From positions 62,001 to 126,000 of the forward strand of contig JAUCBJ010008490.1 of NCBI GenBank assembly GCA_032718475.1: a stretch of 64,000 bases of DNA, written 5' to 3'. Of this stretch, positions 32,435 through 45,631 are shown in pieces. Below the pieces are notes generated by a model. That model searched no databases. It was given only the letters and a program-made list of their open reading frames with translations, and was not told the origin of the DNA. Numbering within the stretch: the stretch's first letter is position 1; every line of letters begins with the position of its first letter. Source of the DNA: Nemertoderma westbladi. Its lineage: Eukaryota > Animalia > Xenacoelomorpha. Made by a program: the position numbers and the translations under genes.

Positions 32435-32489
32435 ACCACTCCGTCGACACAGCGGCCACCGACGGGGTAAATTCTATCTACGTAGCCGC
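32425..32489 (+). promoter_or_regulatory. -1 ribosomal frameshift signal (gag-pol), copy 2
   Basis: GGGAAAC-TAA followed by the same stem-loop as in copy 1. Confidence 0.82.
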
Positions 32490-35400
32490 GCATCCATTCG
32501 GACAATTTTTAGCAGATAGTGGAAGCGATTGTTGTGTTTTACCACTTTGTTACGCCACAAGTAAGTCTGTTAGTGTTCCTAATATTAAATTAAGAGCGGC
32601 CAACAAAACTCCTATAAAAGTAATTAGTAAAGAAAAACTCTATTTTATTCTACCTGATTTTGGTAATGAGGAATTTTATTGGAATTTCTATATAGCAGAT
32701 GTACCTCAACCTATATTAGGTTATGATTTTCTTAAAGAATATAGATTTTTGATTGACTGTGTAAACAATCGTCTAATTCCAATGGATAAATTAAAACTTC
32801 CTCTGAGTAAACCCAACATTGAAATTCAAAAACAACAAACGATACTTTACAACCAAATGTTCGCAGAATTATAGTAGAAAACCCTGTTTATACTGACGAG
32901 GTTAACAAATTAGTGGATAAATACACTACAATATTTCAACCAATCAATGTCAATGACCCAATTTTACATAAAACTGAGCACCACATACTAACGACGGGAG
33001 CGCCAACATTCTCAAAACCGAGACGACTTTTTGGTGAACGTTTAGAAATCGCTAAAAAAGTATTTAATAAATGGGAAGAACAGGGAGTCTGTTACAGAGG
33101 TGAATCCCCATACGCAACTCCTTTACACATGGTGCCACAAACAAATTCTAAAACAACACCTTACAGAGCATGTGGTGATTACCGTAATTTAAATTCTCAA
33201 ACTGTACCTGACAGATACCCAATGCCAAACTTAAACGATATTCCCAATAAACTTCATGGCTGTACAGTGTTTTCAAAATTAGATCTTGCTTCTGCCTACA
33301 CACAGATTCCGATTACTGCCACAGATCAACTTAAAACTGCCATTACCACTCCCTTTGGGTTATTTATATTCCGTAGGATGCCCTATGGTCTGCGAAACGC
33401 AGCACAAACCTTCCAAAGGTTAATGGATACAGTACTGCAAGGAATCCCATTTGCATGGGTATATTTAGATGATATTATGGTTGCAAGTTCAAACCCAGAA
33501 GAACATCTTATACACCTTGATATTATATTTAAACTACTGTCTTCACAAGGTCTACACCTCAGACAAGAGAAGTGTAAATTCTTTTGTTCTAACATTAATT
33601 TTGTTGGAGCTCATATTTCCGCTGCTGGAGTATCCCCATCACCCGAGAAAGTAGAAGCAATCACCTGTTTCCCACAGCCGTCCACAATTAAGGGTCTCAA
33701 AAGATTCTTAGGTATGGCTGGCTTCTACCATAGATTTGTCCCAAACTTTTCTAGAATAGCAGCCCCACTAACTAATATGACAAGAAATATTAAAGGAAAA
33801 GGAAATTTTTCTTTAAACTGGACAGATGAATCATTAACTGCATTCAGAGAACTCAAAAATGCACTTCAGAACAGCGTAATTCTTGCTTTTCCGAAACTTG
33901 GAGCTAATTTTGAGTTAGAACTCACCACAGATGCTTCCAAAGTAGCTGCAGGTGCTGTATTACACCAGATAGTGGACAAGGTTAAAACCTTTAGCTTTCT
34001 TCTCAGCAAAGTACACTCCAAACGAATCAAACAAATCCGCATTTGATCGAGAATTACTAGCGATATATTTATCACTTAAACATTTTTCGTGGTTAATTGG
34101 AACACAATTTAATATAAAAACTGACCACAAACCACTACTACACATTCTCACTATGAAGAATCCTACACCTCAACAATCCAGATGGATCTCTTATCTCTCG
34201 GAATTCAATTGCACAATTACACACGTAGCAGGAGCCACCAATGTAGTAGCCGACACATTATCCCGTACCACATCAGCAATTAGCATTGAATATGACGAAT
34301 CGTTAGCTAAAGCTCAATCAGAAGATTCATCACTTATGTCATTTATCAACAAAACTAATCTTCCATTGAAGAAAATAGCAATTGGAGATACAATTTTATG
34401 GTGTGACGCCACAACAGATTACCTTAGACCATATGTACCAACCAACATGAGATTTGGATTATTTTCTCAAGTTCATGGACTCTCACATTTGGGAGCTAGG
34501 GCAACTATTAAACAAATTTGTGAAAAATACATTTGGCCTGGAATTAAACATGATCTTAGAAGATGGTGTCGAGAGTGTATCCGTTGCCAAAGAAGTAAAG
34601 TAATTAGACATACAAAGGCCCCACCCAATTGGATCAATTCCAACATCAGACCGTTTCCAGTCAATTCATATTGATATAGTCAGACCTCTACCACCTTCAA
34701 ATGGTTTCCGTTATATGGTAACTATTATCGACCGTTTCACCAGATGGCCGGAAGTAATACCGGTGAGTAATATTGATACTATAAGTGTAGCGAAAGGACT
34801 GATCAATAGTTGGATCAGTCGTTTTGGTGTTCCTCGAGAACTCATATCAGACAGAGGAGCGCAATTTGAATCGAATATTTGGGGCGAATTGATGACTTTA
34901 CTTGGTATTACACGAAAGCGAACAACATCATATCATCCCCAGTGTAACGGCGCTGTGGAAAGGTTTCACAGAACTTTAAAGAATGCTTTAAGAGCACATG
35001 CAGTTGACTCCAGTTGGTCGGATTCATTGCCAATGGTACTTTTGGGTCTGCGAACGAGCGTTAATTGCTCTGGATTCAGTCCATCCACAATGATTTATGG
35101 AGGAACAATAGAACTTCCTCAACAATTCTTTGTTCCAACAGATGTTGAGAAAAACACATCAACTTATTTACCGCAATATATGGAAAAACTTTTCGAAACA
35201 ATAAATAATTTTACTGTTCCGGAACGGAAACATTCAACACCAACATATATACCAACATCTTTAGACTCTGTGACGCATGTTTGGATACGAAATGATCGAC
35301 TCAAGTCCAGTCTCAGTGATCGTTATAATGGACCATTTAAGATAATTGAAAGAAAAGATAAAACAGTTAGTATTTCTATTAAAGGAAAGTTGGATACAGT

Positions 35401-35539
35401 TTCCATAGACCGCACAAAACCTGCCTTTGTAAATACAGAGGAAGACAAAGAGCAGATCAAAACTGATAGAGTCACCCATTGTGATAAAACAACCAATAAT
35501 TATACAAGTAAGACAACTCAGCATGACCAACCACCCAAA

Positions 35540-35790
35540 TTCAAACCTAATCAAGTCGTAATGGCTAAACGAAACGGATTTAGATTTTGGCCAGGTTTAA
35601 TAATGAACAATATCACAAGGATTCGAAATTGCAAGTGTCCAACAGATTGTGTACCCATTAAGTTTTTTGGTGCAGATAGTAAAGAATTCATACCTTTGAG
35701 TAATATTTTATTATTCAAACCAGAAAATACTAAACACGTTACCACAAGAAATTTTAATAATGCAATTGATATTGCAAAAAGGTATTTAGA
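35540..35790 (+). other. PWWP-like domain coding segment at the integrase C-terminus, copy 2
   Basis: In frame with the DDE core (ORF 34715-35914). AKRNGFRFWP, IKFFG and a terminal helix FNNAIDIAKRYL. Confidence 0.85.
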
Positions 35791-35900
35791 TTTATGTAAA
35801 GTTAACTCACTATTTAGCAATAAAACTAGCAAAACTGTCAAATTTTCTTCAGATAAACATTATGCATATTTTTATAAAAATGATGCTCCGCAACTCATAC

Positions 35901-35909
35901 GAGGGGTAC
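35901..35909 (+). promoter_or_regulatory. Short polypurine tract
   Basis: GAGGGGTAC directly before the 3' LTR (GGGGGGTAC in copy 1). Confidence 0.65.
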
Positions 35910-36104
35910 TGTAATGCCTGAGTACGAAGTATTGGTGAAGGGATCTAAGATATAATATATAGAGTTATATAGAGTTACCGGTAGTGTGTGTACAGGACTA
36001 CTGGATATATTGAGAGAATAGAGAATTATAAGATCTGATTAAGTGATTACTTTAATATATTATTTTCTTCTATTTGTCTATTAAATATTGTATGTTACAT
36101 TATA
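35910..36104 (+). repeat. 3' LTR of Gypsy copy 2
   Basis: Direct repeat of 31091-31285. Confidence 0.95.
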
Positions 36105-39100
36105 GATATACGAATACTACGGATAAAATCCGAACGGATATACGGATACTACGGATAAATTCCTAACGGATATACGGATACTACGGATAAAATCCGAACG
36201 GATATACGAATACTACGGATAAAATCCTAACGGATATACGGATACTACGGATAAAATCCGAACGGATATACGAATACTACGGATAAAATCCTAACGGATA
36301 TACGGATACTACGGATAAAATCCGAACGGATATACGGATACTACGGATAAAATCAGAATGGATATACGGATAATACGGATAATCCGAACGGATATACGGA
36401 TACTACGGATAAAATCAGAACGGATTTACGGATAATACGGATAATCCGAATGGATATACGGATACTACGGATAAAATCCGAACGGATATACGAATACTAC
36501 GGATAAAATCCGAACGGATATATGAATACTACAGATAAAATCCGAACGGATATACGGATACTACGGATAAAATCCGAACGGATATACGAATACTACGGAT
36601 AAAATCCTAACGGATATACGGATACTACGGATAAAATCCGAACGGATATACGAATACTACGGATAAAATCCTAACGGATATACGGATACTACGGATAAAA
36701 TCCGAACAGATATACGAATACTACGGATAAAATCCTAACGGATATACGGATACTACGGATAAAATCCGAACGGATATACGGATACTACGGATAAAATCAG
36801 AACGGATATACGGATAATACGGATAATCCGAACGGATATACGGATACTACGGATAAAATCAGAACGGATATACGGATAATACGGATAATCCGAATGGATA
36901 TACGGATACTACGGATAAAATCCGAACGGATATACGGATACTACGGATAAAATCCGAACGGATATACGGATACTACGGATAATCCGAACGGATATACGGA
37001 TACTACGGATAAAATCCGAACGGATATACGGATACTACGGATAATCCGAACGGATATACGGATACTACGGATAAAATCCTAATGGATATACGGATACTAC
37101 GGATAAAATCCGAACAGATATACGGATACTACGGATAATCCGAACGGATATACGGATACTACGGATAAAATCCTAACGGATATACGGATACTACGGATAA
37201 AATCAGAACGGATATACGGATACTACGGATAATCAGAACGGATATACGGATACTACGGATAATCCGAACGGATATACGGATACTACGGATAAAATCCGAA
37301 CGGATATACGGATACTACGGATAAAATCAGAATGGATATACGGATACTACGGATAAAATCAGAATGGATATACAGATACTACGGATAATCCGAACGGATA
37401 TATGGATACTACGGATAATCCGAACGGATATACGGATACTACGGATAAAATCAGAATGGATATACGGATACTACGGATAATCCGAACGGATATACGGATA
37501 CTACGGATAATCCGAACGGATATACAGATACTACGGATAAAATCAGAATGGATATACGGATACTATGGATAATCCAAACGGATATACGGATACTACGGAT
37601 AATCCGAACGGATATACGGATACTACGGATAAAATCCGAACGGATATACGGATACTACGGATAAAATCAGAATGGATATACGGATACTACGGATAATCCG
37701 AACGGATATACGGATACTACGGATAAAATCCGAACGGATATACGGATACTACAGATAAAATCAGAATGGATATACGGATACTACGGATAAAATCAGAATG
37801 GATATACAGATACTACGGATAATCCGAACGGATATACGGATACTACGGATAATCCGAATGGATATACGGATACTACGGATAAAATCAGAATGGATATACG
37901 GATACTACGGATAATCCGAACGGATATACGGATACTACGGATAATCCGAACGGATATACGGATACTACGGATAAAATCAGAATGGATATACGGATACTAC
38001 GGATAATCCAAACGGATATACGGATACTACGGATAATCCGAACGGATATACGGATACTACGGATAAAATCCGAACGGATATACGGATACTACGGATAATC
38101 CAAACGGATATACGGATACTACGGATAATCCGAACGGATATACGGATACTACGGATAAAATCCGAACGGATATACGGATACTACGGATAAAATCAGAATG
38201 GATATACGGATACTACGGATAATCAGAACGGATATACGGATACTACGGATAAAATCCTAACGGATATACGGATACTACAGATAAAATCCGAACGGATATA
38301 CGGATACTACGGATAAAATCCGAACGGATATATGGATACTACGGATAAAATCAGAATGGATATACGGATACTACGGATAATCAGAACGGATATACGGATA
38401 CTACGGATAATCAGAATGGATATACGGATACTATGGATAATCCGAACGGATATACGGATACTACGGATAATCCAAACGGATATACAGATACTACGGATAA
38501 AATCCGAACGGATATACGGATACTACGGATAAAATCAGAATGGATATATGGATACTACGGATAATCAGAACGGATATACGGATACTACGGATAATCCGAA
38601 CGGATATACGGATACTACGGATAAAATCAGAATGGATATACGGATACTACGGATAATCCGAACGGATATACGGATACTACGGATAATCCGAACGGATATA
38701 CGGATACTACGGATAAAATCCGAACGGATATACGGATAAAATCAGAATGGATATACGGATACTACGGATAATCAGAACGGATATACGGATACTACGGATA
38801 AAATCCTAACGGATATACGGATACTACGGATAAAATCCGAACGGATATACGGATACTACGGATAAAATCCGAACGGATATACGGATACTACGGATAAAAT
38901 CCGAACGGATATACGGATACTACGGATAAAATCAGAATGGATATATGGATACTACGGATAATCAGAACGGATATACGAATACTACGGATAAAATCCGAAC
39001 GGATATACGGATACTACGGATAAAATCAGAACGGATATACGGATACTACGGATAAAATCCTAACGGATATACGGATACTACGGATAATCCGAACGGATAT

Positions 39101-42100
39101 ACGGATACTACTGATAAAATCCTAACGGATATATGGATACTACGGATAAAATCCGAACGGATATACGGATACTACGGATAAAATCCGAACGAATATACGG
39201 ATACTACGGATAATCCGAACAGATATACGGATACTACGGTAAAATCAGAACGGATAAACGGATACTACGGATAAAATCAGAATGGATATACGGATACTAC
39301 GGATAAAATCCGAACGAATATACGGATACTACGGATAATCCGAACGGATATACAAATACTACGGATAAAATCCAAACGGATATACGAATACTACGGATAA
39401 AATCAGAACGGATATACGGATACTACGGATAATCAGAACGGATATACGGATACTACGGATAATCCGAACGGATATACGGATACTATGGATAAAATCAGAA
39501 TGGATATACGGATACTACGGATAAAATCCGAACGGATATACGAATACTACGGATAAAATCCGAACGGATATACGGATACTACGGATAATCCGAACGGATA
39601 TACGGATACTATGGATAAAATCAGAACGGATATACGGATAATCCGAACGGATATACGGATACTACGGATAAAATCCTAACGGATATACGGATACTATGGA
39701 TAAAATCAGAACGGATATACGGATAATACGGATAATCCGAACGGATATACGGATACTACGGATAAAATCCGAACGGATATACGGATACTATGGATAAAAT
39801 CCGAACGAATATACGGATACTACGGATAATCCGAACAGATATACGGATACTACGGATAAAATCAGAACGGATATACGGATAATACGGATAATCCGAACGG
39901 ATATACGGATACTACGGATAAAATCAGAACGGATATACGGATACTACGGATAATCAGAACGGATATACGGATACTACGGATAAAATCCAAACGGATATAC
40001 GGATACTACGGATAATCAGAACGGATATACGGATACTACGGATAATCAGAACGGATATACGGATACTACAGATAATCAGAACGGATATACGGATACTACG
40101 GATAAAATCAGAAAGGATATACGGATACTACGGATAATCCGAACGGATATACGGATACTACGGATAATCCGAACGGATATATGGATACTACGGATAAAAT
40201 CCGAACGGATATACGGATACTACGGATAATCAGAACGGATATACGGATACTACGGATAATCAGAACGGATATACGGATACTACAGATAATCAGAACGGAT
40301 ATACGGATACTACGGATAAAATCAGAAAGGATATACGGATACTACGGATAATCCGAACGGATATACGGATACTACGGATAATCCGAACGGATATACGGAT
40401 ACTACGGATAATCAGAACGGAAATACGGATACTACGGATAAAATCCGAACGGATATACGGATACTATGGATAAAATCAGAACGGATATACGGATACTACG
40501 GATAATCCGAATGGATATACGGATACTATGGATAAAATCCGAACGGATATACGGATACTACGGATAAAATCAGAACGGATATACGGATACTACGGATAAA
40601 ATCAGAAAGGATATACGGATACTACGGATAATCCGAACGGATATACGGATACTACGGATAATCCGAACGGATATACGGATACTACGGATAAAATCCGAAC
40701 GGATATACGGATACTACGGATAAAATCCGAACGGATATACGGATACTATGGATAAAATCAGAACGGATATACGGATACTACGGATAAAATCCGAACGGAT
40801 ATACGGATACTACGGATAAAATCAGAACGGATATACGAATACTACGGATAAAATCCGAATGGATATACGGATACTACGGATAATCAGAACGGATATACGA
40901 ATACTACAGATAAAATCCGAACGGATATACGAATACTACGGATAATCAGAACGGATATACGAATACTACGGATAAAATCAGAACGGATATACGAATACTA
41001 CGGATAAAATCAGAACGGATATACGAATACTACGGATAAAATCCGAACGGATATACGAATACTACGGATAATCAGAACGGAAATACGAATACTACGGATA
41101 AAATCCGAACGGATATACGGATAATCAGAACGGATATACGAATACTACAGATAAAATCCGAACGGATATACGAATACTACGGATAATCAGAACGGATATA
41201 CGAATACTACGGATAAAATCAGAACGGATATACGAATACTACGGATAAAATCCGAACGGATATACGGATACTACGGATAATCCGAACGGATATACGGATA
41301 CTACGGATAAAATCAGAACGGATATACGAATACTACGGATAAAATCCGAACGGATATACGGATACTACGGATAATCCGAACGGATATACGGATACTACGG
41401 ATAAAATCCGAACGGATATACGGATACTACGGATAAAATCCAAACGGATATACGGATACTACGGATAAAATCCGAACGGATATACGGACACTACGGATAA
41501 AATCCGAACGGATATACGGATACTACGGATAAAATCCGAACGGATATACGGATACTACGGATAAAATCCGAACGGATATACGGATACTACGGATAAAATC
41601 AGAACGGATATACGGATACTACGGATAATCCGAACGGATATACGGATACTACGGATAATCCGAACGGATATACGGATACTACGGATAAAATCCGAACGGA
41701 TATACAGATACTACGGATAAAATCCAAACGGATATACAGATACTATGGATAATCCGAACGGATATACGGATACTACGGATAATCCGAACGGATATACGGA
41801 TACTACGGATAAAATCCGAACGGATATACAGATACTACGGATAAAATCCGAACGGATAGACAGATACTACGGATAAAATCCAAACGGATATACAGATACT
41901 ACGGATAAAATCCGAACGGATATACAGATACTACGGATAAAATCCAAACGGATATACGGATACTATGGATAAAATCAGAACGGATATACGAATACTACGG
42001 ATAAAATCAGAACGGATATACGAATACTACGGATAAAATCCGAACGGATATACGAATACTACGGATAATCAGAACGGAAATACGAATACTACGGATAAAA

Positions 42101-45100
42101 TCAGAACGGATATACGAATACTACGGATAAAATCCGAACGGATATACGGATACTACGGATAATCCGAACGGATATACGGATACTACGGATAAAATCCGAA
42201 CGGATATACGGATACTACGGATAAAATCCAAACGGATATACGGATACTACGGATAAAATCAGAACGGATATACGGATACTACGGATAATCCGAACGGATA
42301 TACGGATACTACGGATAATCCGAACGGATATACGGATACTACGGATAAAATCCGAACGGATATACAGATACTACGGATAAAATCCAAACGGATATACAGA
42401 TACTATGGATAATCCGATCGGATATACGGATACTACGGATAATCCGAACGGATATACGGATACTACGGATAAAATCCGAACGGATATACAGATACTACGG
42501 ATAAAATCCGAACGGATATACAGATACTACGGATAAAATCCAAACGGATATACGGATACTATGGATAAAATCAGAACGGATATACAGATACTACGGATAA
42601 AATCAGAATGGATATACGGATACTACGGATAATCCGAATGGATATACGGATACTACGGATAAAATCCGAACGGATATACGGATACTACGGATAAAATCCG
42701 AACGGATATACGGATAAAATCCGAACGGATATACGGATAAAATCAGAACGGATATACGGATAATCCGAACGGATATACGGATACTACGGATAATCCGAAT
42801 GGATATACGGATACAACGGATAAAATCCGAACGGATATACGGATACTACGGATAAAATCAGAAAGGATATATGGATAAAATCAGAACGGATATACGGATA
42901 ATCCGAACGGATATACGGATACTACGGATAATCCGAATGGATATACGGATACAACGGATAAAATCCGAACGGATATACGGATACTACGGATAAAATCAGA
43001 AAGGATATATGGATAAAATCAGAACGGATATATGGATAATCCGAACGGATATACGGATACTACGGATAATCCGAATGGATATACGGATACAACGGATAAA
43101 ATCCGAACGGATAAAATCCGAACGGATATACGGATACTATGGATAAAATCAGAACGGATATACGGATACTACGGATAAAATCCGAACGGATATACGAATA
43201 CTACGGATAAAATCCGAACGGATATACGGATACTAAGGATAAAATCAGAACGGATATACGGATACTACGGATAATCCGAATGGATATACGGATACTACGG
43301 ATAATCCGAACGGATATACAGATACTATGGATAATCCGAACGGATATACGGATAATCCGAATGGATATACGGATACTACGGATAAAATCCGAACGGATAT
43401 ACAGATACTACGGATAAAATCAGAACGGATATACGGATACTACGGATAATCCGAATGGATATACGGATACTACGGATAAAATCCGAACGGATATACGGAT
43501 ACTACGGATAAAATCCGAACGGATATACGGATACTATGGATAAAATCAGAACGGATAAAATCCGAACGGATATACGGATACTATGGATAAAATCAGAACG
43601 GATATACGGATACTACGGATAAAATCCGAACGGATATACGAATACTACGGATAAAATCCGAACGGATATACGGATACTAAGGATAAAATCAGAACGGATA
43701 TACGGATACTACGGATAATCCGAATGGATATACGGATACTACGGATAATCCGAACGGATATACAGATACTATGGATAATCCGAACGGATATACGGATAAT
43801 CCGAATGGATATACGGATACTACGGATAAAATCCGAACGGATATACAGATACTACGGATAAAATCAGAACGGATATACGGATACTACGGATAATCCGAAT
43901 GGATATACGGATACTACGGATAAAATCCGAACGGATATACGGATACTACGGATAAAATCCGAACGGATATACGGATACTACGGATAAAATCAGAACGGAT
44001 ATACGGATACTACGGATAAAATCAGAACGGATATACGGATACTACGGATAAAATCAGAACGGATATACGGATACTACGGATAAAATCAGAACGGATATAT
44101 GGATACTACGGATAAAATCAGAACGGATATACGGATACTACGGATAAAATCAGAACGGATATACGGATACTACGGATAAAATCCGAACGGATATACGGAT
44201 ACTACGGATAAAATACGAACGGATATACGGATACTACGGATAATCCGAACGGATATACGGATACTACGGATAAAATCAGAATGGATATACGGATACTACG
44301 GATAAAATCAGAACGGATATACGGATACTACGGATAAAATCAGAACGGATATACGGATACTACGGATAAAATCCGAACGGATATACGGATACTACGGATA
44401 AAATCCGAACGGATATACGGATACTACGGATAAAATACGAACGGATATACGGATACTACGGATAATCCGAACGGATATACGGATACTACGGATAAAATCC
44501 GAACGGATATACGGATACTACGGATAAAATACGAACGGATATACGGATACTACGGATAATCCGAACGGATATACGGATACTACGGATAAAATCCGAACGG
44601 ATATACGGATACTACGGATAAAATACGAACGGATATACGGATACTACGGATAATCCGAACGGATATACGGATACTACGGATAAAATCCGAACGGATATAC
44701 GGATACTACGGATAAAATACGAACGGATATACGGATACTACGGATAATCCGAACGGATATACGGATACTACGGATAATCTGAATGGATATACGGATACTA
44801 CGGATAAAATCAGAACGGATATACGAATACTACGGATAAAATCAGAACGGATATACGGATAATCAGAACGGATATACGGATACTACGGATAAAATCAGAA
44901 CAGATATACGGATACTACGGATAATCAGAACGGATATACGGATACTACGGATAAAATCAGAACGGATATACGGATACTACGGATAATCAGAACGGATATA
45001 CGGATACTACGGATAAAATCAGAACGGATATACGGATACTACGGATAATCTGAACGGATATACGGATACTACGGATAAAATCAGAACGGATATATGGATA

Positions 45101-45583
45101 CTACGGATAAAATCAGAACGGATATACGGATACTACGGATAATCTGAACGGATATACGGATACTACGGATAATCCGAACGGATATACGGATACTACGGAT
45201 AAAATCAGAACGGATATATGGATACTACGGATAAAATCAGAACGGATATATGGATACTACGGATAAAATCAGAACGGATATACGGATACTACGGATAAAA
45301 TCCGAACGGATATACGGATACTACGGATAAAATCAGAACGGATATATGGATACTACGGATAAAATCAGAACGGATATATGGATACTACGGATAAAATCAG
45401 AACGGATATACGAATACTACGGATAAAATCCGAACGGATATACGGATACTACGGATAAAATCCGAACGGATATACGGATACTACGGATAAAATCAGAATG
45501 GATATACGGATACTACGGATAAAATCAGAACGGATATACGGATACTACGGATAAAATCAGAACGGATATACGGATAATCTGAA
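36105..45583. repeat. Satellite A, distal segment
   Basis: Same 30/32-bp unit, ending at ...CGGATAATCTGAA. Confidence 0.98.
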
Positions 45584-45631
45584 AAAACGAAAATATCGAA
45601 ATTATAAAACTTTAAATAAAATCTAATTTTC
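45584..45631. other. ~48-bp AT-rich unique spacer joining satellite A and satellite B
   Basis: AAAACGAAAATATCGAAATTATAAAACTTTAAATAAAATCTAATTTTC matches neither unit. Confidence 0.85.

Larger units (their letters stand above)
32425..35914 (+). pseudogene. pol: Disrupted Pol (PR-RT-RH-IN-PWWP), copy 2
   Basis: Same domains as copy 1. Frameshifts at ~32826 and ~33986 are shared with copy 1; a 4-bp insertion at ~34621 is private. ORF 34715-35914 joins the integrase core and the PWWP domain in one frame. The stop codon lies inside the 3' LTR. Confidence 0.93.
31091..36104 (+). mobile_element. Full-length Ty3/Gypsy LTR retrotransposon (CsRn1-like, ~5.0 kb), copy 2, with 4-bp TSD GATA
   Basis: Two 195-bp LTRs, PBS, gag, pol and PPT. 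GATA at 31087-31090 and 36105-36108; removing the element and one GATA restores AACGGATATACGAATAC. Confidence 0.97.

Noticed and set aside
35540-35790. Chromodomain (chromovirus) at the integrase end
   Set aside because: No chromodomain Y-x-V-K-W-x-G pattern. The motifs fit PWWP, and the Gag and PBS point to the CsRn1 clade.
19620-36104. Two independent site-specific Gypsy insertions
   Set aside because: Kilobases of flanking satellite variants and two frameshifts are shared, indicating duplication of one insertion. It therefore gives only one data point on targeting.
1-45583. CRISPR array (30-34 bp repeats)
   Set aside because: The units are head-to-tail with no unique spacers, there are no cas genes, and the context is eukaryotic retroelements.
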